Assembly: GCF_001194135.2 (NCBI RefSeq)
Contig: NC_068983.1
Location: forward strand, 31,502,286 to 31,556,962
Length of the DNA: 54,677 nucleotides
Direction: 5' to 3'
Source: Octopus bimaculoides
Taxonomy: Eukaryota
How positions within the stretch are numbered: the first letter of the stretch is position 1; the number at the start of each line of letters is the position of its first letter. Of the stretch, positions 25,259 to 42,342 are shown piece by piece. Under the pieces are notes generated by a model. That model did not search any database. It was not told the origin of the DNA and saw only the letters and a list, made by a program, of their open reading frames with translations. The translations under genes and the position numbers were made by a program.

Positions 25259-26735
25259 TATCAATCAGTTTCATTTCTGTTTTTCATGTCCATAGAGAAA
25301 GAGCCGGACTCTAACATAGATTCAAGGCTCCTTCATTGGAACTTTTATCAACATCATCTAGGTATTTGTGCATATGTGTGTGTGTGCAGTATTTGGTGTT
25401 AGTGTANNNNNNNNNNNNNNNNNNNNNNNNNNNNNNNNNNNNNNNNNNNNNNNNNNNNNNNNNNNNNNNNNNNNNNNNNNNNNNNNNNNNNNNNNNNNNN
25501 NNNNNNNNNNNNNNNNNNNNNNNNNNNNNNNNNNNNNNNNNNNNNNNNNNNNNNNNNNNNNNNNNNNNNNNNNNNNNNNNNNNNNNNNNNNNNNNNNNNN
25601 NNNNNNNNNNNNNNNNNNNNNNNNNNNNNNNNNNNNNNNNNNNNNNNNNNNNNNNNNNNNNNNNNNNNNNNNNNNNNNNNNNNNNNNNNNNNNNNNNNNN
25701 NNNNNNNNNNNNNNNNNNNNNNNNNNNNNNNNNNNNNNNNNNNNNNNNNNNNNNNNNNNNNNNNNNNNNNNNNNNNNNNNNNNNNNNNNNNNNNNNNNNN
25801 NNNNNNNNNNNNNNNNNNNNNNNNNNNNNNNNNNNNNNNNNNNNNNNNNNNNNNNNNNNNNNNNNNNNNNNNNNNNNNNNNNNNNNNNNNNNNNNNNNNN
25901 NNNNNNNNNNNNNNNNNNNNNNNNNNNNNNNNNNNNNNNNNNNNNNNNNNNNNNNNNNNNNNNNNNNNNNNNNNNNNNNNNNNNNNNNNNNNNNNNNNNN
26001 NNNNNNNNNNNNNNNNNNNNNNNNNNNNNNNNNNNNNNNNNNNNNNNNNNNNNNNNNNNNNNNNNNNNNNNNNNNNNNNNNNNNNNNNNNNNNNNNNNNN
26101 NNNNNNNNNNNNNNNNNNNNNNNNNNNNNNNNNNNNNNNNNNNNNNNNNNNNNNNNNNNNNNNNNNNNNNNNNNNNNNNNNNNNNNNNNNNNNNNNNNNN
26201 NNNNNNNNNNNNNNNNNNNNNNNNNNNNNNNNNNNNNNNNNNNTCTTGCAATTTCTTTGGGTAAGAGTTCAGGGTTGTCGAATAAGGTATGCTTGTCAAG
26301 TAGTTGCCTTCCCAATCTCATGATGGTATTTACCTCATGTCTGCAGACTTCATCAAGGGGTGCACTTCGACACTTGGTGGTTATGAGATGATGTCGAAGA
26401 GATATGACACGGCATTCGAAGGCAGTCTGAATTGATGTTAGGCCCCTCCCTCCTTTATTTCGTTTTAGGTACAGGCGGTCTACATCGCTATTAATGTGAA
26501 AGTTGTTCGTGCTCGTTAGTATTTTCCGGGTTTTCACATCAAGGGCTCGGATTTCATCGATCGTCCAGTCAAGTATCCCGAATGTCGGTACGAGTACTGG
26601 TACTGCAAACACATTGTGGGCTATTGCTTTATTGAACGCAGAGAGTTCCGAGGTCCATATTTTCCTAACCCGATTTCTGTATTCCTTAGTAACACGTTCC
26701 TTGTTACAAGTACCTTCGTATGATACGAAGGCATT
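25259..26735 (-). mobile_element. R4/Dong-type (RLE) non-LTR retrotransposon, 5'-truncated, middle in an N gap
   Basis: 26244-26735 encodes SYEGTCNKERVTKEY..RVRKIWTSELSAFNK..AHNVFAVPVL..DVKTRKIL..HINSDVDRLYLKRNKGGRGL, paralogous to 40229-40620. The 3' UTR piece gttagagtccggctctttctctat runs into (CATA)n. Confidence 0.88.
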
Positions 26736-27391
26736 CAATACATGACGTGTGTATTTTCTTCAGATAGTACATATGAGACTTCACATTATTTAATATGACC
26801 GCCTTTCTTTTTAAGACATGAAGGTATGGTTTCAATAATCCTATAGAACATCTCTGAGTGTAACTTTGAGGTACGATAGTAGCCACTGATGCCTAGCATA
26901 TTTTCACTAGCAAAAAATAAACAAAACGATTTTCTCATGTGAAAAATCACAATTTTTACCTTTGGACTTTTCTGTTTCATGTGTAGTTCCTTTAAAATTG
27001 AACCAGTTTTCTCTTTCACTATTTCTCTAATAATTTCTCTAACAAATATCAGAGACTTTAGAGGTTGTGTTTTTATGTATCTGTTTAACCATAAGTTGAC
27101 TATAACCTAACCTGCATTTATAAAATGTCTAAATATTCGGTGTGAGCTGTTGCTATTTATATCAAAGTTTTCTGGAGAATTTCATCATCTTTAGAATGTA
27201 TAGTTACAGACTTTATACACTTTTCGACCAGCTTTATCTCCGACCATCATCAGCTAATAAGGATAGTAATGTTATTCATTATTATATAAGGTTGTGGTCT
27301 AGTGGGTAAATGGACAAGAACCTTATTTAAGACACTTGATGATGATGGGAGTTAACTGAGGTGGAGTAGAGGGGATGCATGCGCGTGTCTA

Positions 27392-28368
27392 TAAGGTTGA
27401 TTAAAAAGTCCGTTCGGCTTTTAAAGCGAAAATAAGACACAAGTTTTTAACACAAAGCGATTTATTCAATCAATAATATAAATACCATTTCGTTCCGTTA
27501 TCTTCTACCATCTTATGAGCAAATCGGTTATTCCCTTCTCAAAGAATGTCCTGCCTATACTGACGAAAAACTCTTCCAAGTGAATTTTACATCGTCTTCA
27601 GAGTTGAAGGTCTGTCCATTCAGTGGACGTTGAAGAGACCGAAACAGGTGGAAATCTAAAGGTACAAGGTCGGACGAATATGGAGGGTGCGGGGAAACTT
27701 CCCAATAATTTCTGCCACGTCTGCAAAGAAGTGTGCAGTCTTGCATTGTCGTGAATAAAGACAACGCCCATACGATCTGCAAGTTCTAGATGCTTCTGGT
27801 GGATCGCTGTGTTTAATTTGCACAGCTGGTCATAATACACATCTGAATTGATGGTTTTCTTCGGGGAAGAAGCTCGTGGAAGAAAACACTCTTCCAGTTC
27901 AACCAAATTGAAAACATAACTTTCTTCGTGTGAAGTCCTGCTTTGAAGTTTATTTGTGGTGATTCGCCGCGCTTCCTTCATGATCGTTTATGCTTCGCAT
28001 TGTTATAGACCATCTATTTTCCCCATCTGTCACGATTGCCTCTTTTTAAAAGAATCGTTTTCTTCACGTTTCTACAAAGAATCGCAAATGGAAATCCGTT
28101 GGGCGAGGTTAGTCTCATTCAATGGATGTGGGACCAAGACATAAAGCTTGCTGATGTAATCAAGTTGATGCAGAGTGTTTTCAACACTCGGTGTAAATAT
28201 ATGGGAAATATCTGCGATCATCTTGGTCATATAATGAAAGTCGGTGTCACAGTTAATTTCAGTTGGCCAGCCACAACGAGATGCATCTTCAATTGGAAAA
28301 TTTTCCGATCGAAATCTTGAAAACTACTTCTGACTCATACGTTCCGTGACAGCATTCTCTCCGTAATA
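27392..28368 (-). mobile_element. Mariner (D,D34D) transposase pseudogene with one TIR, 5' end interrupted
   Basis: Minus-strand fragments YGENAVTER..FSRFRS.NF.IED..R.G.P, WVPH.L, TINSDVYY.QL, FIHDNARLHTS, WEVSPHPPYSSDL.P.DFHLFRSLQ. TIR ta|taaggttgattaaaaagtccgttcgg at 27390-27417. Confidence 0.92.
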
Positions 28369-30834
<2,466 letters not shown>

Positions 30835-31093
30835 GTAGAAAACTTTTAAAAACAAGACATTTTTGGATGTGAATGAAATCTCCACAATCCCCTTCGTTAT
30901 CAATGTTATGAAGTATTCTACAGATTATTTGCAGTTCTGAATAGGAACACGGGATTATCCAACGAGTGAAGTTACCAGTACCTAGTATTTGTTTCTAAGC
31001 TTGAGCACTATATAAAGACCGCTGTGGATAGCCGGTATCTAAACCAATTTGAGAGATAATAAGTATCCGCCAGGATAACTTATCCCTTTTATA

Positions 31094-31135
<42 letters not shown>

Positions 31136-31304
31136 TTGTGTGTGTGTGTAATTAAGATTCAGTTGAAATAGGTACTTAAGTTGAAGCACCAAGTCTGAAT
31201 GCTTTACTATTAATTTACATATAAATATGTTCCCAAACGATCAATTTTATAGTTCCGGAATCTTAATCAATCTTTTCTCTTTTTTATTTATTTATTCTTG
31301 AAAG

Positions 31305-31389
31305 GTCTAACGTCAATTGGATGAAGAACAACAAAGATACCATTGACAAGTGGTTGCGTGAATATGTTAAGAAGTTGCCAACAACCTGA
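31305..31389 (+). CDS. M1 aminopeptidase terminal coding exon
   Basis: Acceptor tttattcttgaaAG. Reads (R)SNVNWMKNNKDTIDKWLREYVKKLPTT then TGA. N..W...N...i..Wl is the canonical M1 C-terminus. Confidence 0.92.
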
Positions 31390-31451
31390 TCTGTAACGAG
31401 CCATGTGGCACAGTTATTTCAAAGCAATTGGCCGCTGAGGAAACTTATCAA

Positions 31452-31457
31452 AATAAA
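31452..31457 (+). promoter_or_regulatory. Candidate polyadenylation signal of the aminopeptidase gene
   Basis: AATAAA about 60 nt after the stop codon. The region is AT-rich, so a chance match is possible. Confidence 0.35.
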
Positions 31458-31666
31458 TTAGGGCCACATGACACAAGCAACTTGCCAGAAGCTGCCAGGG
31501 ACCAGCTTAACTATATTGTCTGCAATATTTATTTAAGCAAAAATATTTATTGGACTTAAAGAGAATTATAAGGACAAACAAAAATTATATGATAAGAATA
31601 ATAATATAAGAGAGAATACAATAAGAACAATAATGGTGATGATATTATTGATGATAATGATTATAA

Positions 31667-31759
<93 letters not shown>

Positions 31760-32152
31760 TGAAAGAAACATTTTTACTTTAAAGTTTTCAAATATTTNNN
31801 NNNNNNNNNNNNNNNNNNNNNNNNNNNNNNNNNNNNNNNNNNNNNNNNNNNNNNNNNNNNNNNNNNNNNNNNNNNNNNNNNNNNNNNNNNNNNNNNNNNN
31901 NNNNNNNNNNNNNNNNNNNNNNNNNNNNNNNNNNNNNNNNNNNNNNNNNNNNNNNNNNNNNNNNNNNNNNNNNNNNNNNNNNNNNNNNNNNNNNNNNNNN
32001 NNNNNNNNNNNNNNNNNNNNNNNNNNNNNNNNNNNNNNNNNNNNNNNNNNNNNNNNNNNNNTATATATATATATATATATATATGCACATTACATATGTA
32101 TATATAAAATACGCGCATTATATACATGTATATATATCTATATAGATATATT

Positions 32153-32188
<36 letters not shown>

Positions 32189-32571
32189 CATATATATATA
32201 AAAACATTATATATACATACATATTTATATACGGACAAGTAAAGGTATATTGTATATAACATATAAATATCCATATATGTAATAATCTTTGTTTATATTT
32301 ACTTATGCATGCAAAGAATATCATAAAAATATATATGCGTCTAATTGTATGTAATTGTAAGTATTATATGTATTTGGTTATATATGTGCATATATGCATG
32401 TATAGATAAATATGTATATATATTTTGGCATATAAAATAATTTATGAATGTATATATAATTACGCATATATATATATATGTATATATATATACATGCACA
32501 CATTGTGGGTGTCCATCGAATTCGTTGATGACACATACATGCATAGATACACATGTACTTGGACACACATA

Positions 32572-32610
<39 letters not shown>

Positions 32611-33134
32611 NNNNNNNNNNNNNNNNNNNNNNNNNNNNNNNNNNNNNNNNNNNNNNNNNNNNNNNNNNNNNNNNNNNNNNNNNNNNNNNNNNNNNNNNNN
32701 NNNNNNNNNNNNNNNNNNNNNNNNNNNNNNNNNNNNNNNNNNNNNNNNNNNNNNNNNNNNNNNNNNNNNNNNNNNNNNNNNNNNNNNNNNNNNNNNNNNN
32801 NNNNNNNNNNNNNNNNNNNNNNNNNNNNNNNNNNNNNNNNNNNNNNNNNNNNNNNNNNNNNNNNNNNNNNNNNNNNNNNNNNNNNNNNNNNNNNNNNNNN
32901 NNNNNNNNNNNNNNNNNNNNNNNNNNNNNNNNNNNNNNNNNNNNNNNNNNNNNNNNNNNNNNNNNNNNNNNNNNNNNNNNNNNNNNNNNNNNNNNNNNNN
33001 NNNNNNNNNNNNNNNNNNNNNNNNNNNNNNNNNNNNNNNNNNNNNNNNNNNNNNNNNNNNNNNNNNNNNNNNNNNNNNNNNNNNNNNNNNNNNNNNNNNN
33101 NNNNNNNNNNNNNNNNNNNNNNNNNNNNNNNNNN

Positions 33135-33169
<35 letters not shown>

Positions 33170-34429
33170 CATACATACATACATACACACACACACTTGA
33201 AAATATAAATTAATTTTTTTTCTACACTATTTACAAAGAATAAAAGTTTGTCAAAACCTTTATGCTTGACTATTGTATTTTTCACTCTGCTATATATCTA
33301 CTTTTTTAGTATATTTCAATTTAGGGAGCGGGGGGGGGAGATGCCGCGGTGGCTGCAGCTCTTGTGGTGATTGTAATGATGGTGATTTTGGTTGCTGTTC
33401 CCTCTCCTCTGATTTCCTTAAAATGGTACTCCAGCATGGTCGCAGTCCAATGACTGAAGCCTTTAAAAGAATCAAAGAATAATCACAACCCACAGAGAAT
33501 TATCTTAACAAACCTTAATAAGATTTTGTTTTCTTCTGAGATATCATGAATCTTGTATGTGGCCTCTCGACCCGCTAAATATAGCAGCCCCTCTCTTTCA
33601 ATTTACATCGCCTTGAAAATAAAGAAAAGACGCATTGGAATATGTACTGCAAGACATACAAAGACACGTTGGTCACATCTTGAACATCTATGATCACAGT
33701 CTGTCAGGTAACTGATGGATAACCTGGGGATAAATAGCAGTAAACATGAGTATCAATGTTTATCTGGGGGTGGAGGAGCACAAGCTAATATACAAAACAA
33801 AAAATGTCAAATAGGAATTAACATACGAATCAAGAAATATTAATTAATAAAAACTACACTCTTCCTGAGAAGATAAAAATAATCATTAGCTTAATGATTA
33901 ATTCAGGTTAGAGGAAACAAACCTTAAACTTAAATTAATATAAATTTGTTAAAAATTTCTTTAGTAGTACAGTGACAACTCAACATATGTTTCATCCTTA
34001 GACCTTATCGGTGAATCATAGTCTTTCCGTTACTTCCTAAACTTTTACATATAGATAAGCAGACAGACAGGCGGACAAGCTGGTAGATAGATTGATAGAT
34101 AGATGGATGGATGGATGGAGGGATGGATGGATGGAGGGATACTGAGTGACGTGACAAATTCCCAGGCACGCTTGTTGCATAAAGAATAAATGGTAAAGTC
34201 TGAACTAACCCGTTAAATGTAATGAGCTATTCTTTGACGAAAGTGAATCATTAAGCTGTTATATTTTTCTATTCATTGCGTGTATTCAGTTTCAGAATTG
34301 GTCCTGGTGGAGTAGTGAGTTGGACAGAGCGCTCTTCCTTGTGTTTCTTACCATGATGTGAAGCTATCTGGGTATCAGATAAAAATTTGCCTATGTATGT
34401 ATGTATGTATATAAAACAGGATATCTTTC

Positions 34430-36170
34430 GCGTCTCCTCTCCTGGGAGTCTCAGTTCTATTAGCCTCTTCCAGTAGTCTCTGTTGCACAGAGGCAATCTT
34501 CTTTGTACAAAGGCATTAAATTATTTTGAATATTGCTGTTAGTTTCATGTTCTGTGGCGACCATAATTGCAAGAAGTAATCTAGGGGACTGAGTACGAAT
34601 GTTTTCCATAGGAGCAATATGAATTTTTTCTTACGCTTATGTATTTGTTTCGTAAGATTTCTGATGTGAAGCCGATATTATCGTATTTCCAGATGGTCAT
34701 TTTTTTTTTTGTCAAATAAACACATGCACAATATATTCGTTCTTCAATTCAGCTTTATTATTGTTCTTATGTCTAAGTCTTTGGTCAACGCCTTGCTACC
34801 TCTTCAGCGACTCTTCTTCCCTCGAGGAGACACGTGGGATGGAGAGTTGCTGAAGAGGTCACAGGAAGTGTGACGAAAGACTGAAACGAGGGACACTGAA
34901 ATAAGAACAATAATAACGCTGAAGTGAAGAACAAATGTATAATGCGTGTATTTATTTTGGCAAAAAAATAAATTACCATCCCGAAATATAACAATAGATT
35001 TCTTTCTCTCGCATTGTATATGATTTCTTTCTCTCGTATTGTATATGATTTCTTTCTCTCGTATTGTATATGATTTCTTTCTCTCGTATTGTCTATGATC
35101 TCAGAATCCAACCAGTCGGTCGCCTGCACAGTCTTGCCACCTTTGTAATATGCACATTGAATGATTCATCACCACTTATATGGATTCCCAAGTTACGCAC
35201 TGACTCTAACTCTGAAATACAATATCCTCTGATTCTGTGTATTCCCATTGCAATTTGTTTGTGAGTCGATAGGGGAGTGCTTGAAACTTGTAAACGTTGA
35301 ATTGCATATTCTTTTCTTCAGCCCTTTTCTATATTGCGAACAAACCTTCCTGTAGCTTTGGGGTATCTTCAAGGTCCTCGCTTGCTTGTTATACTTTTGT
35401 ATCATCAACATAGTTGGTGAGAGTGATTGGCTGACTGACTGAGGACATGTCTTAGAGAGCCACCACAAAGAGTAGTGGTACCATTACAGTTCCCTGAAGG
35501 ACTCCGATTAGTACTGATGTCTCCTCAGAGAGTGCCGCTTTGATATGACTGTCTGACTTCTACTTTTTAAAGTCATGCAACCATTCCCCTAATTTTCCAG
35601 CGATACCAAGGTCACGCAGCTTGTGATATATAATACCATGATCAACTTTATCGAAGGTCTTGTCAAAATCATGATAACAGTAAACTGTTGTTTTAGTACC
35701 CAGTCAAAATGTTGTAGTATTGACAAAAAAAATGACAGGCTCCTTCCTGGACGGAAGCCATGCTACGCGTTTGTGAGCAAGCCTTTTTCCTTCTAAAAAC
35801 ATAATTATCTTCCTTCTGACAATGCGTTTTACATCTTTGCTGACATGTAAGATCAGAGACATACGCTTGTAATTTTTAGCATCTCTAGCAGTGCCTTTTT
35901 GAAGTCAGATTCTCACTGTCATTAATTTCTTTATTTAAGCGATTCGAAACTTTTATTCTACGTTTCATAAGGGCTCAGCTGTCAAGAGGAATAATGCTTT
36001 TGCATGGATTGGCTCTTCTATTAGGGACAACTTTAGTGGATATGGCTTGCATTATTGGCATACATTCTTAGAGTTTCATATTAATGTCTTACATGGAGAT
36101 TGTTGGACCAATTTTGTTTGAGTTTCTCCTTTTGAACCGATTCCCAGGCAGCCCTGTAGGAATGATGACA
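34430..36170 (-). mobile_element. CR1/L2-clade LINE reverse transcriptase, decayed and interrupted
   Basis: Minus-strand motifs HGFRPGR, DFDKTFDKVDHGI, GV(P)QGTVMVPLLFVVAL.DMS, (Y)VDDTKV, LLWKTFVLS.LDY..QLWSP, TKKIASVQ..DYWKRLIELRL. Confidence 0.85.
34997..35099. repeat. 25-bp minisatellite x4
   Basis: gatttctttctctcgtattgtatat repeated four times almost perfectly. Confidence 0.9.
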
Positions 36171-36202
36171 TTTTTTCTAATATTATTGGTCATTATCGTA
36201 AG

Positions 36203-36405
36203 GCAGCGAACTGGAAGAATTGTTACCACTCCAAGCAAAATGCAAAGCGTTGTTTCGTCCGTCTTTACGTTCTGAGTTCAAATTCCGCCGAGGTTGACTT
36301 TGCTTTTCATCCTTTCGGGGTCGATGAAATAAATACCAGTTGAAATCGACTATTCCCGTCCCGCAAAATTTCAGGCCTTGTACTTACATTAGGAAGGCTT
36401 ATTAG
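36203..36405 (+). mobile_element. SINE family B
   Basis: ggcagcgaactggaagaattgtta...gttcaaattccgccgaggttgactttgcttttcatcctttcggggtcgatgaaataaatacc. Confidence 0.8.
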
Positions 36406-38907
36406 TCACCATTATCCTTGCTGTAATTGTTGTTTATCATCCACCATGTCACCTTCTAATCAATGATGATCGTCTTGTTTTTTTTTCTTTTCAGACATAC
36501 TGTATTTACATTATTCTACATACTATATAAGTCATGTGGCCTAATAGTTAAGATGTTGCACTCATAGTTTCGATTCTCAGACCGGGCGACATGTTGCGTT
36601 CTTGAGTAAAATCATTTTATTTCACGTTACTCTGCGATAACTTTGACGTCTGACGTTTCGCACACAATATTTTTGCGGCTCCATCGTTGAGATTCCTTCT
36701 TCTGCTTGGGATGTTGGTGTTTTTTGTTATTGCTTAGTCCCAGTCAGTATTTACCACGTAGACCTGTGACGAGAGATGTTCCAGCCGTGAATTTCTCGTT
36801 TTATTATTTTTTTCCAGACATAAGTGTGACAAAAAATAAGGGTCTGATCGGTCAGTGTTGACTATGTATCTGCATGTTCAACCATGACCGATGTTCCTCT
36901 TCAGGGCACAGGTCTCTCTAGTTAGTATTAAGATTTAAAAACAAGAAAGAAATCTCTAACAAAATCACCTCACGGAAATTTTCAGAAAATAAAGAGAATG
37001 ATGTATAAGAAAGTAATTTATTTTCAAACCTGGTAAAAGCAACAGGTATGATTCGGTCTTATTTGAGTATCAGTCTTGACTGGTAGAGTATATTTCTCAT
37101 TGAAGCATCTGGACCCAGTTTGCAAAACTAAGAGTGTTTTATATATAAAAATAGAATTTTTCCCCAGTCAAATTATTGACACCATTATTCTCCCTGTTAA
37201 CTCTTACGTCTAATTTTAATGTTCAGCTTTTCAATTTTAATGATTTTTTCCTGCATTTCCCTTTGTCTTTACAAAGTATGTATTTCAGTCATTATTAAAG
37301 ATACATCAATTCTACTGTATGTGTGTGTGAGTTTATTTAATTTTGGGTATCATAGTGTGTTTCTTGAAAATAAGAAATACCCCTCCAAAACTCGTATATG
37401 AACTTTTCCTTCAGAGAATCGTGCTAACACATTGCTTAATGGATACTGTGTAAATTTCAACGACATGTATTCTAGTTGCATGACCAACGGAATTATATAC
37501 TAATTGAATTATAATGTGACTGATTATTCTGCAGATACCTGTACACCTCGGGCTGAATCAACGTGACAGCTGACCCTTTGAATTACACTTAATGAAAATG
37601 TCTTTTAAAATAAGTCCCTCAAATTTAAGATTACCCATTAAATACTCTTTCATAAGAAGCTTAGTTAAAGCGCATGGGCTTTATCATTTAATCTATATGT
37701 ACCATAAAAATAAGTTCGCAAAGACGCTCATTCGACCTGGGAGAAAGAGAATCCAAATCTCCTTCAAATCATAGACTATCATCTAAAAAAGAACACATAT
37801 GACAAATATAACCCATGATACACAAAGTCACAGAATTATCAAAGCAAGAATGCTCTTGGTTATAGGACTGCTCGATCAGAGTTCAGCTGTAATTAACAGT
37901 AACTTGAGGAACTCAGCTTAAAAAATGTTTTCTCCTGATTATAATACAATATGCAGTATCATAAACTAGAAGTGCATATAAAAACAGCCCTGAATAGTAA
38001 CAAATATGACATCTCTAGAAAGTTATTCCTAATTAAAACAAACCACGCAATACTTAAACTTGATGAAAATTTTACGTTACACTACCATCCTGTTATTCTA
38101 AAAATACTACGTTCCTGTACCAACGAAAGTTACATGGAATAATTTTTTAAAAGTCGAATATAGCAATGAACAGTAAAATTCTTGAATCATACACCTAGCG
38201 GAACTATGTGCAATGTGCGAACCGTACAATGCGTTTCTTCTAATCGAAGGTATGATACATTAAAGGAAACGAACGGCCAGCTTGGCTACTGTACAGGATG
38301 GTGTACACTACACTACTGTATACACTAACATTACGTATAAAACCCCACAAAAGAATGCGGCACCTTCCGATGGAAACAAATACTAATATTCCATCAAACT
38401 ACATCTATCAAGATAAAATCGTAATGCCGTTAAACTTAACCGTTCATGTTATCCGTAAAAGCCAATGTTTTAAGACAACTATTGACTAGATATCCTGAAA
38501 ATAGATCTCATTTCCATAATATCTGGTCAACGGTTATTTTTTATGCGCTCATCATCGACCAGATTTAGCTAGCAAAGCTTATATTATGAGCTGCAAATGT
38601 AATAGAGAACATATATACAAAGTAAAATACAGTAAAAATGGAATAGAAATGTCTGCTCTGAATTTTCAAAACACACGCAAATATTATTGAACTTAATACA
38701 TACTTAAAGAATATGAGATTGAAAAATAACTATTATATTGATAGCAACAAGCCTCACACACATGTAAACATACATACACACGCACTAAAATATGCACGAG
38801 TATAAAAATATGCGTAAATCTATGTATATATATATATGTATGTGTGCACGTGCGTATGTGTGTATGTATGCATGAAAAATGCTTGAGAATCGCATAGAAG
38901 CACTATC

Positions 38908-38962
<55 letters not shown>

Positions 38963-39308
38963 GTACCTATGATAAGTGTAAAAATAAAAACGCGTACAGT
39001 TAAACAAGTAAATATACTAGAAACATGATCTATTTGTATACATATAGAAATAAATATCATGATATTGATATTTATGCATCAATAACATAGAGCATTGCAT
39101 ATAGCGCAAAATTAGATTTCGTTTGTGTGTGTGTGTGTGTGTGTGCGTGTGCGTGTGCGTGTGCGTGTGCGTGTGCGTGTGCGTGTGCGTGTGCGTGTGA
39201 GCATGTGTATGTATGTAGGTGTTATATATGTATATATACACACACATGTATGTATGTATGTATGTATGTATTTATGTATGTATGTATGTATGTATGTATG
39301 TATGTATG

Positions 39309-42088
39309 CTTTATTTATGTATTCTCAAGCATAGAATTACATATCTAGACATACTCATATATATATTTAAATGATAAACGTCTGGAAAATTTTACAGATT
39401 TTTACAGTTCCAGTGATGGATTGGATCTGTAGCCTTCGAATTAGCTTTCTCCTTTCTGGTTTTGAGAAGCCTAATTTCTCAAGATTGGTATTTAGTGAGT
39501 TATATTTCCCAGGGCTCCAATAATTACAGGTGTAAACCTGAACTAGTAATCTGAATAGAGTAACTGTAGATTTCTCAATAATTCAGCATTGATATTCTCT
39601 TTTTCACAAATCTTTGGGCAGCTAATTTCCACAACTGTGCACAATTTCTCTTCTCTATCCCAAATCATTATATCAGGTCTGTTGTGCTGACATTTTATTG
39701 AGGTCTTCACTGGTACATTCCACCAGTATTCCTTTTCATTATGAGTGGCTATGACTTCTGCTATATTGTGGGTTTTTATTTATTTGTCCTCGGGATTATC
39801 CTTCCGACGGATTTCGTTATAGAGTGTCATAGCTACAACGTCATGTCTCATCGGTAGATAAACCGTGATTACATTTACGGACAACTGTTTATGATGTGGG
39901 TGATATCTTCAGTGTGAACTCCACAAAATCTACATCGGTTGTCACATTTTACGGCTTCTCCCGCATCTCTATCCCTTTTGTGCATCAGATACTTGGTTGA
40001 TATTTCCTGTTCCTGGATTGCAAACGCATACCCTTCAAAGTGGGAAATAATAATCCGGCTATTCATCCATGATAAACTGCTTTGATGATCGATGTTACTA
40101 TCATCACGGAGCTTTCTACTAACATATCCTTTCATAGTCTTCTGCTCATATAGGCTCATCCTTTCATCTGATGATATGTTGCGGTAGAGATGTGCGACTT
40201 CTTTGGGCATATATTCAAGGTTATCAGACTAAGAGTGTTGCTCAGAGAGCTGCCTTCCAAGTCTTATGATGTTATCAGCTTCATGTATGTAAACTTGGTC
40301 AAGGGATGCACTTCGATTTTTGGTGGTTAAAAGATGTTGCCAAAGAGATATGATGCGACATTCAAAGGCATTTTGGATCGATATTATACCTCTACCGCCT
40401 TGTTTACGTTTTAGGTCGAGGTGGTCTATATCACTGTTTATGTGGAAATTTTGTGTGCTTATTAGTATTTTTCGGGTTTTCACATCAATGGCTCGGATCT
40501 CATCAAGCGTCCAATCAAGGAACTCAAATGTTGGTATGAGTACTGGCACTGCAAACACATTGTGGACCATGAATGCAGAGAATTCTGAGGTCCAAATTTT
40601 CTTTATTCAGCTGTAATATTTTTTAGTGACACGTGTTTTGTTACAGGTTCCACTGTAAGATATATTTTCATCCACCCCTAGATACCTGTAAATTCCTCGC
40701 CAGATATAGGTGAAACAGTCAAATCATTAACGGAGATGCTACTAGTCTGGTTTATAGTTTCCCCCCTTTTCACAACCATATAACAACATTTATCCTGACC
40801 TAACTCCATCCCTACATCCTTTGAGAATGTTGTAACTAGGTCAAGGCTCTTTTTCATCTCCTTCATATTCTTTGCATAAAGTTTTAAGTCATCCACAAAG
40901 AACCAATGTGTAATTTTGGTATTTCTGTTTCCTTGTGAACCAGTGAGATATCCTTCAGACTTCCTTAACATGAATGACAAGGGGTTTACGGAAAGTATAA
41001 ATAACAACAGAGAGAGGCTGTCTCCTTGGAATATGCCTTTGCGATATTGTACTCTATCGGTGATAATACAGTCACTCTTTGTGTCTAATTCCAAGATGGT
41101 GGCCACGATGAAGTCAAGTCAACTATGGCTTTGACTATTCTCACTGAAACTTTAGCAATTTGAAGGGCTTCTAGCATCCATGAGTGGGGAATGGAGTCAA
41201 AGGCTTTCTTGTAATCTAGCCACATTGAAACTAGGTTCCTCCTATGCTCTCGCACCTCTGACATCACAGTTTTGTTGATTAGCAATTGCTCGACACATCC
41301 CCAGACTCCCTTCTTCCCAACTGCTTGCTCTGTTGTGATAATGTTTCACAATGGTCTTGAAGGAAGAGGTTTAAACATGCTGTATATATCTTATACATTA
41401 AGTTCTGGCATGCAATTGGCCGGTAGTTTTTTGCCATGTGGGTGGTTCTGCATTTGGGAATCAATTTTGTCTCTGCCAGAGCTAACCAGCATGGTATGCT
41501 ACTGTTCCCAATGTAAGCTTGCTGGTACAGATTGATAATATATGGTCGGTAGAATGTTAGCTTTTTGTACCAATATCCAGTAATCAAGTCTCTTCCAGGT
41601 GCTTTTCCATCCTGGAGTTTCTGGATCACAGTTGCAAGAGTCTCACCATCAATATTGTATGTTGTGGATGTAATGCAGGAGCAATAACTTTTTTGGATTT
41701 CTTCCAGTCACAGAGCGTCTTTGTTAAATTCCTTCTTTTCACTCCAGATTTTCCTCCAAAAGAAGTCTATGTCTGTCTTCTCGTGAAGGAGCTTCCGTAA
41801 TATCTACTGTTCCTCCTCTCATGTCTCTGTATACTGCTATCTGGTTGCGGTTAAATTTTTTGTTTATTGTTCTTCTCTCAGTTCTTCTCTTCTCATGTTG
41901 GAGTTTTTCATTGACAGATTTTAGCTCCTGCTCTAGGGAAATCAGTTTGCAAGTGAGTGTCCCCTTTTTGCTGTCTCCAAACATCATTTCTGTTGGTGGG
42001 GCGTAAAGTGATTTGCTTGTTTGCATGCAATAAACATCATTACATGACTGATGGTCTTCAGTAGCCCAGTTATCTTCTTTTTCTGAAT
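39309..42088 (-). mobile_element. R4/Dong-type RLE non-LTR retrotransposon, ~2.8 kb, 5'-truncated, many stops and frameshifts
   Basis: RT motifs GKAPGRDLITGYWYK, NYRPIACQNLMYK, WLDYKKAFDSIPHSW, GIFQGDSLS.LLF, FVDDLKLYAK. Then CCHC (CRFCG..EDITHIINSCP), RHD and RLE (NRPDIMIWD..VVEISCP), with the stop at 39367-39369. (TATG)n lies at both ends. Confidence 0.95.
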
Positions 42089-42342
42089 GTAAGTATGCAT
42101 GTATGTATGTATGTATGTACACCAACTTGCATATACACACAGACTCACGCTCTCCTCATACAGATTCAACCGCACTCACTCCACCACATAGACAGACAGA
42201 CAGGCAGGCAGAAAGACAGGCAAGCAGGCAGGCAGACTGACAGACAGATCTGGACACACCAATAGAACCTCTCTTTTCTGACTGAAACATCTATTCGTTC
42301 GAACATGTGGTAAACATTGAGTCTGTATCAATTGCTTAAATA

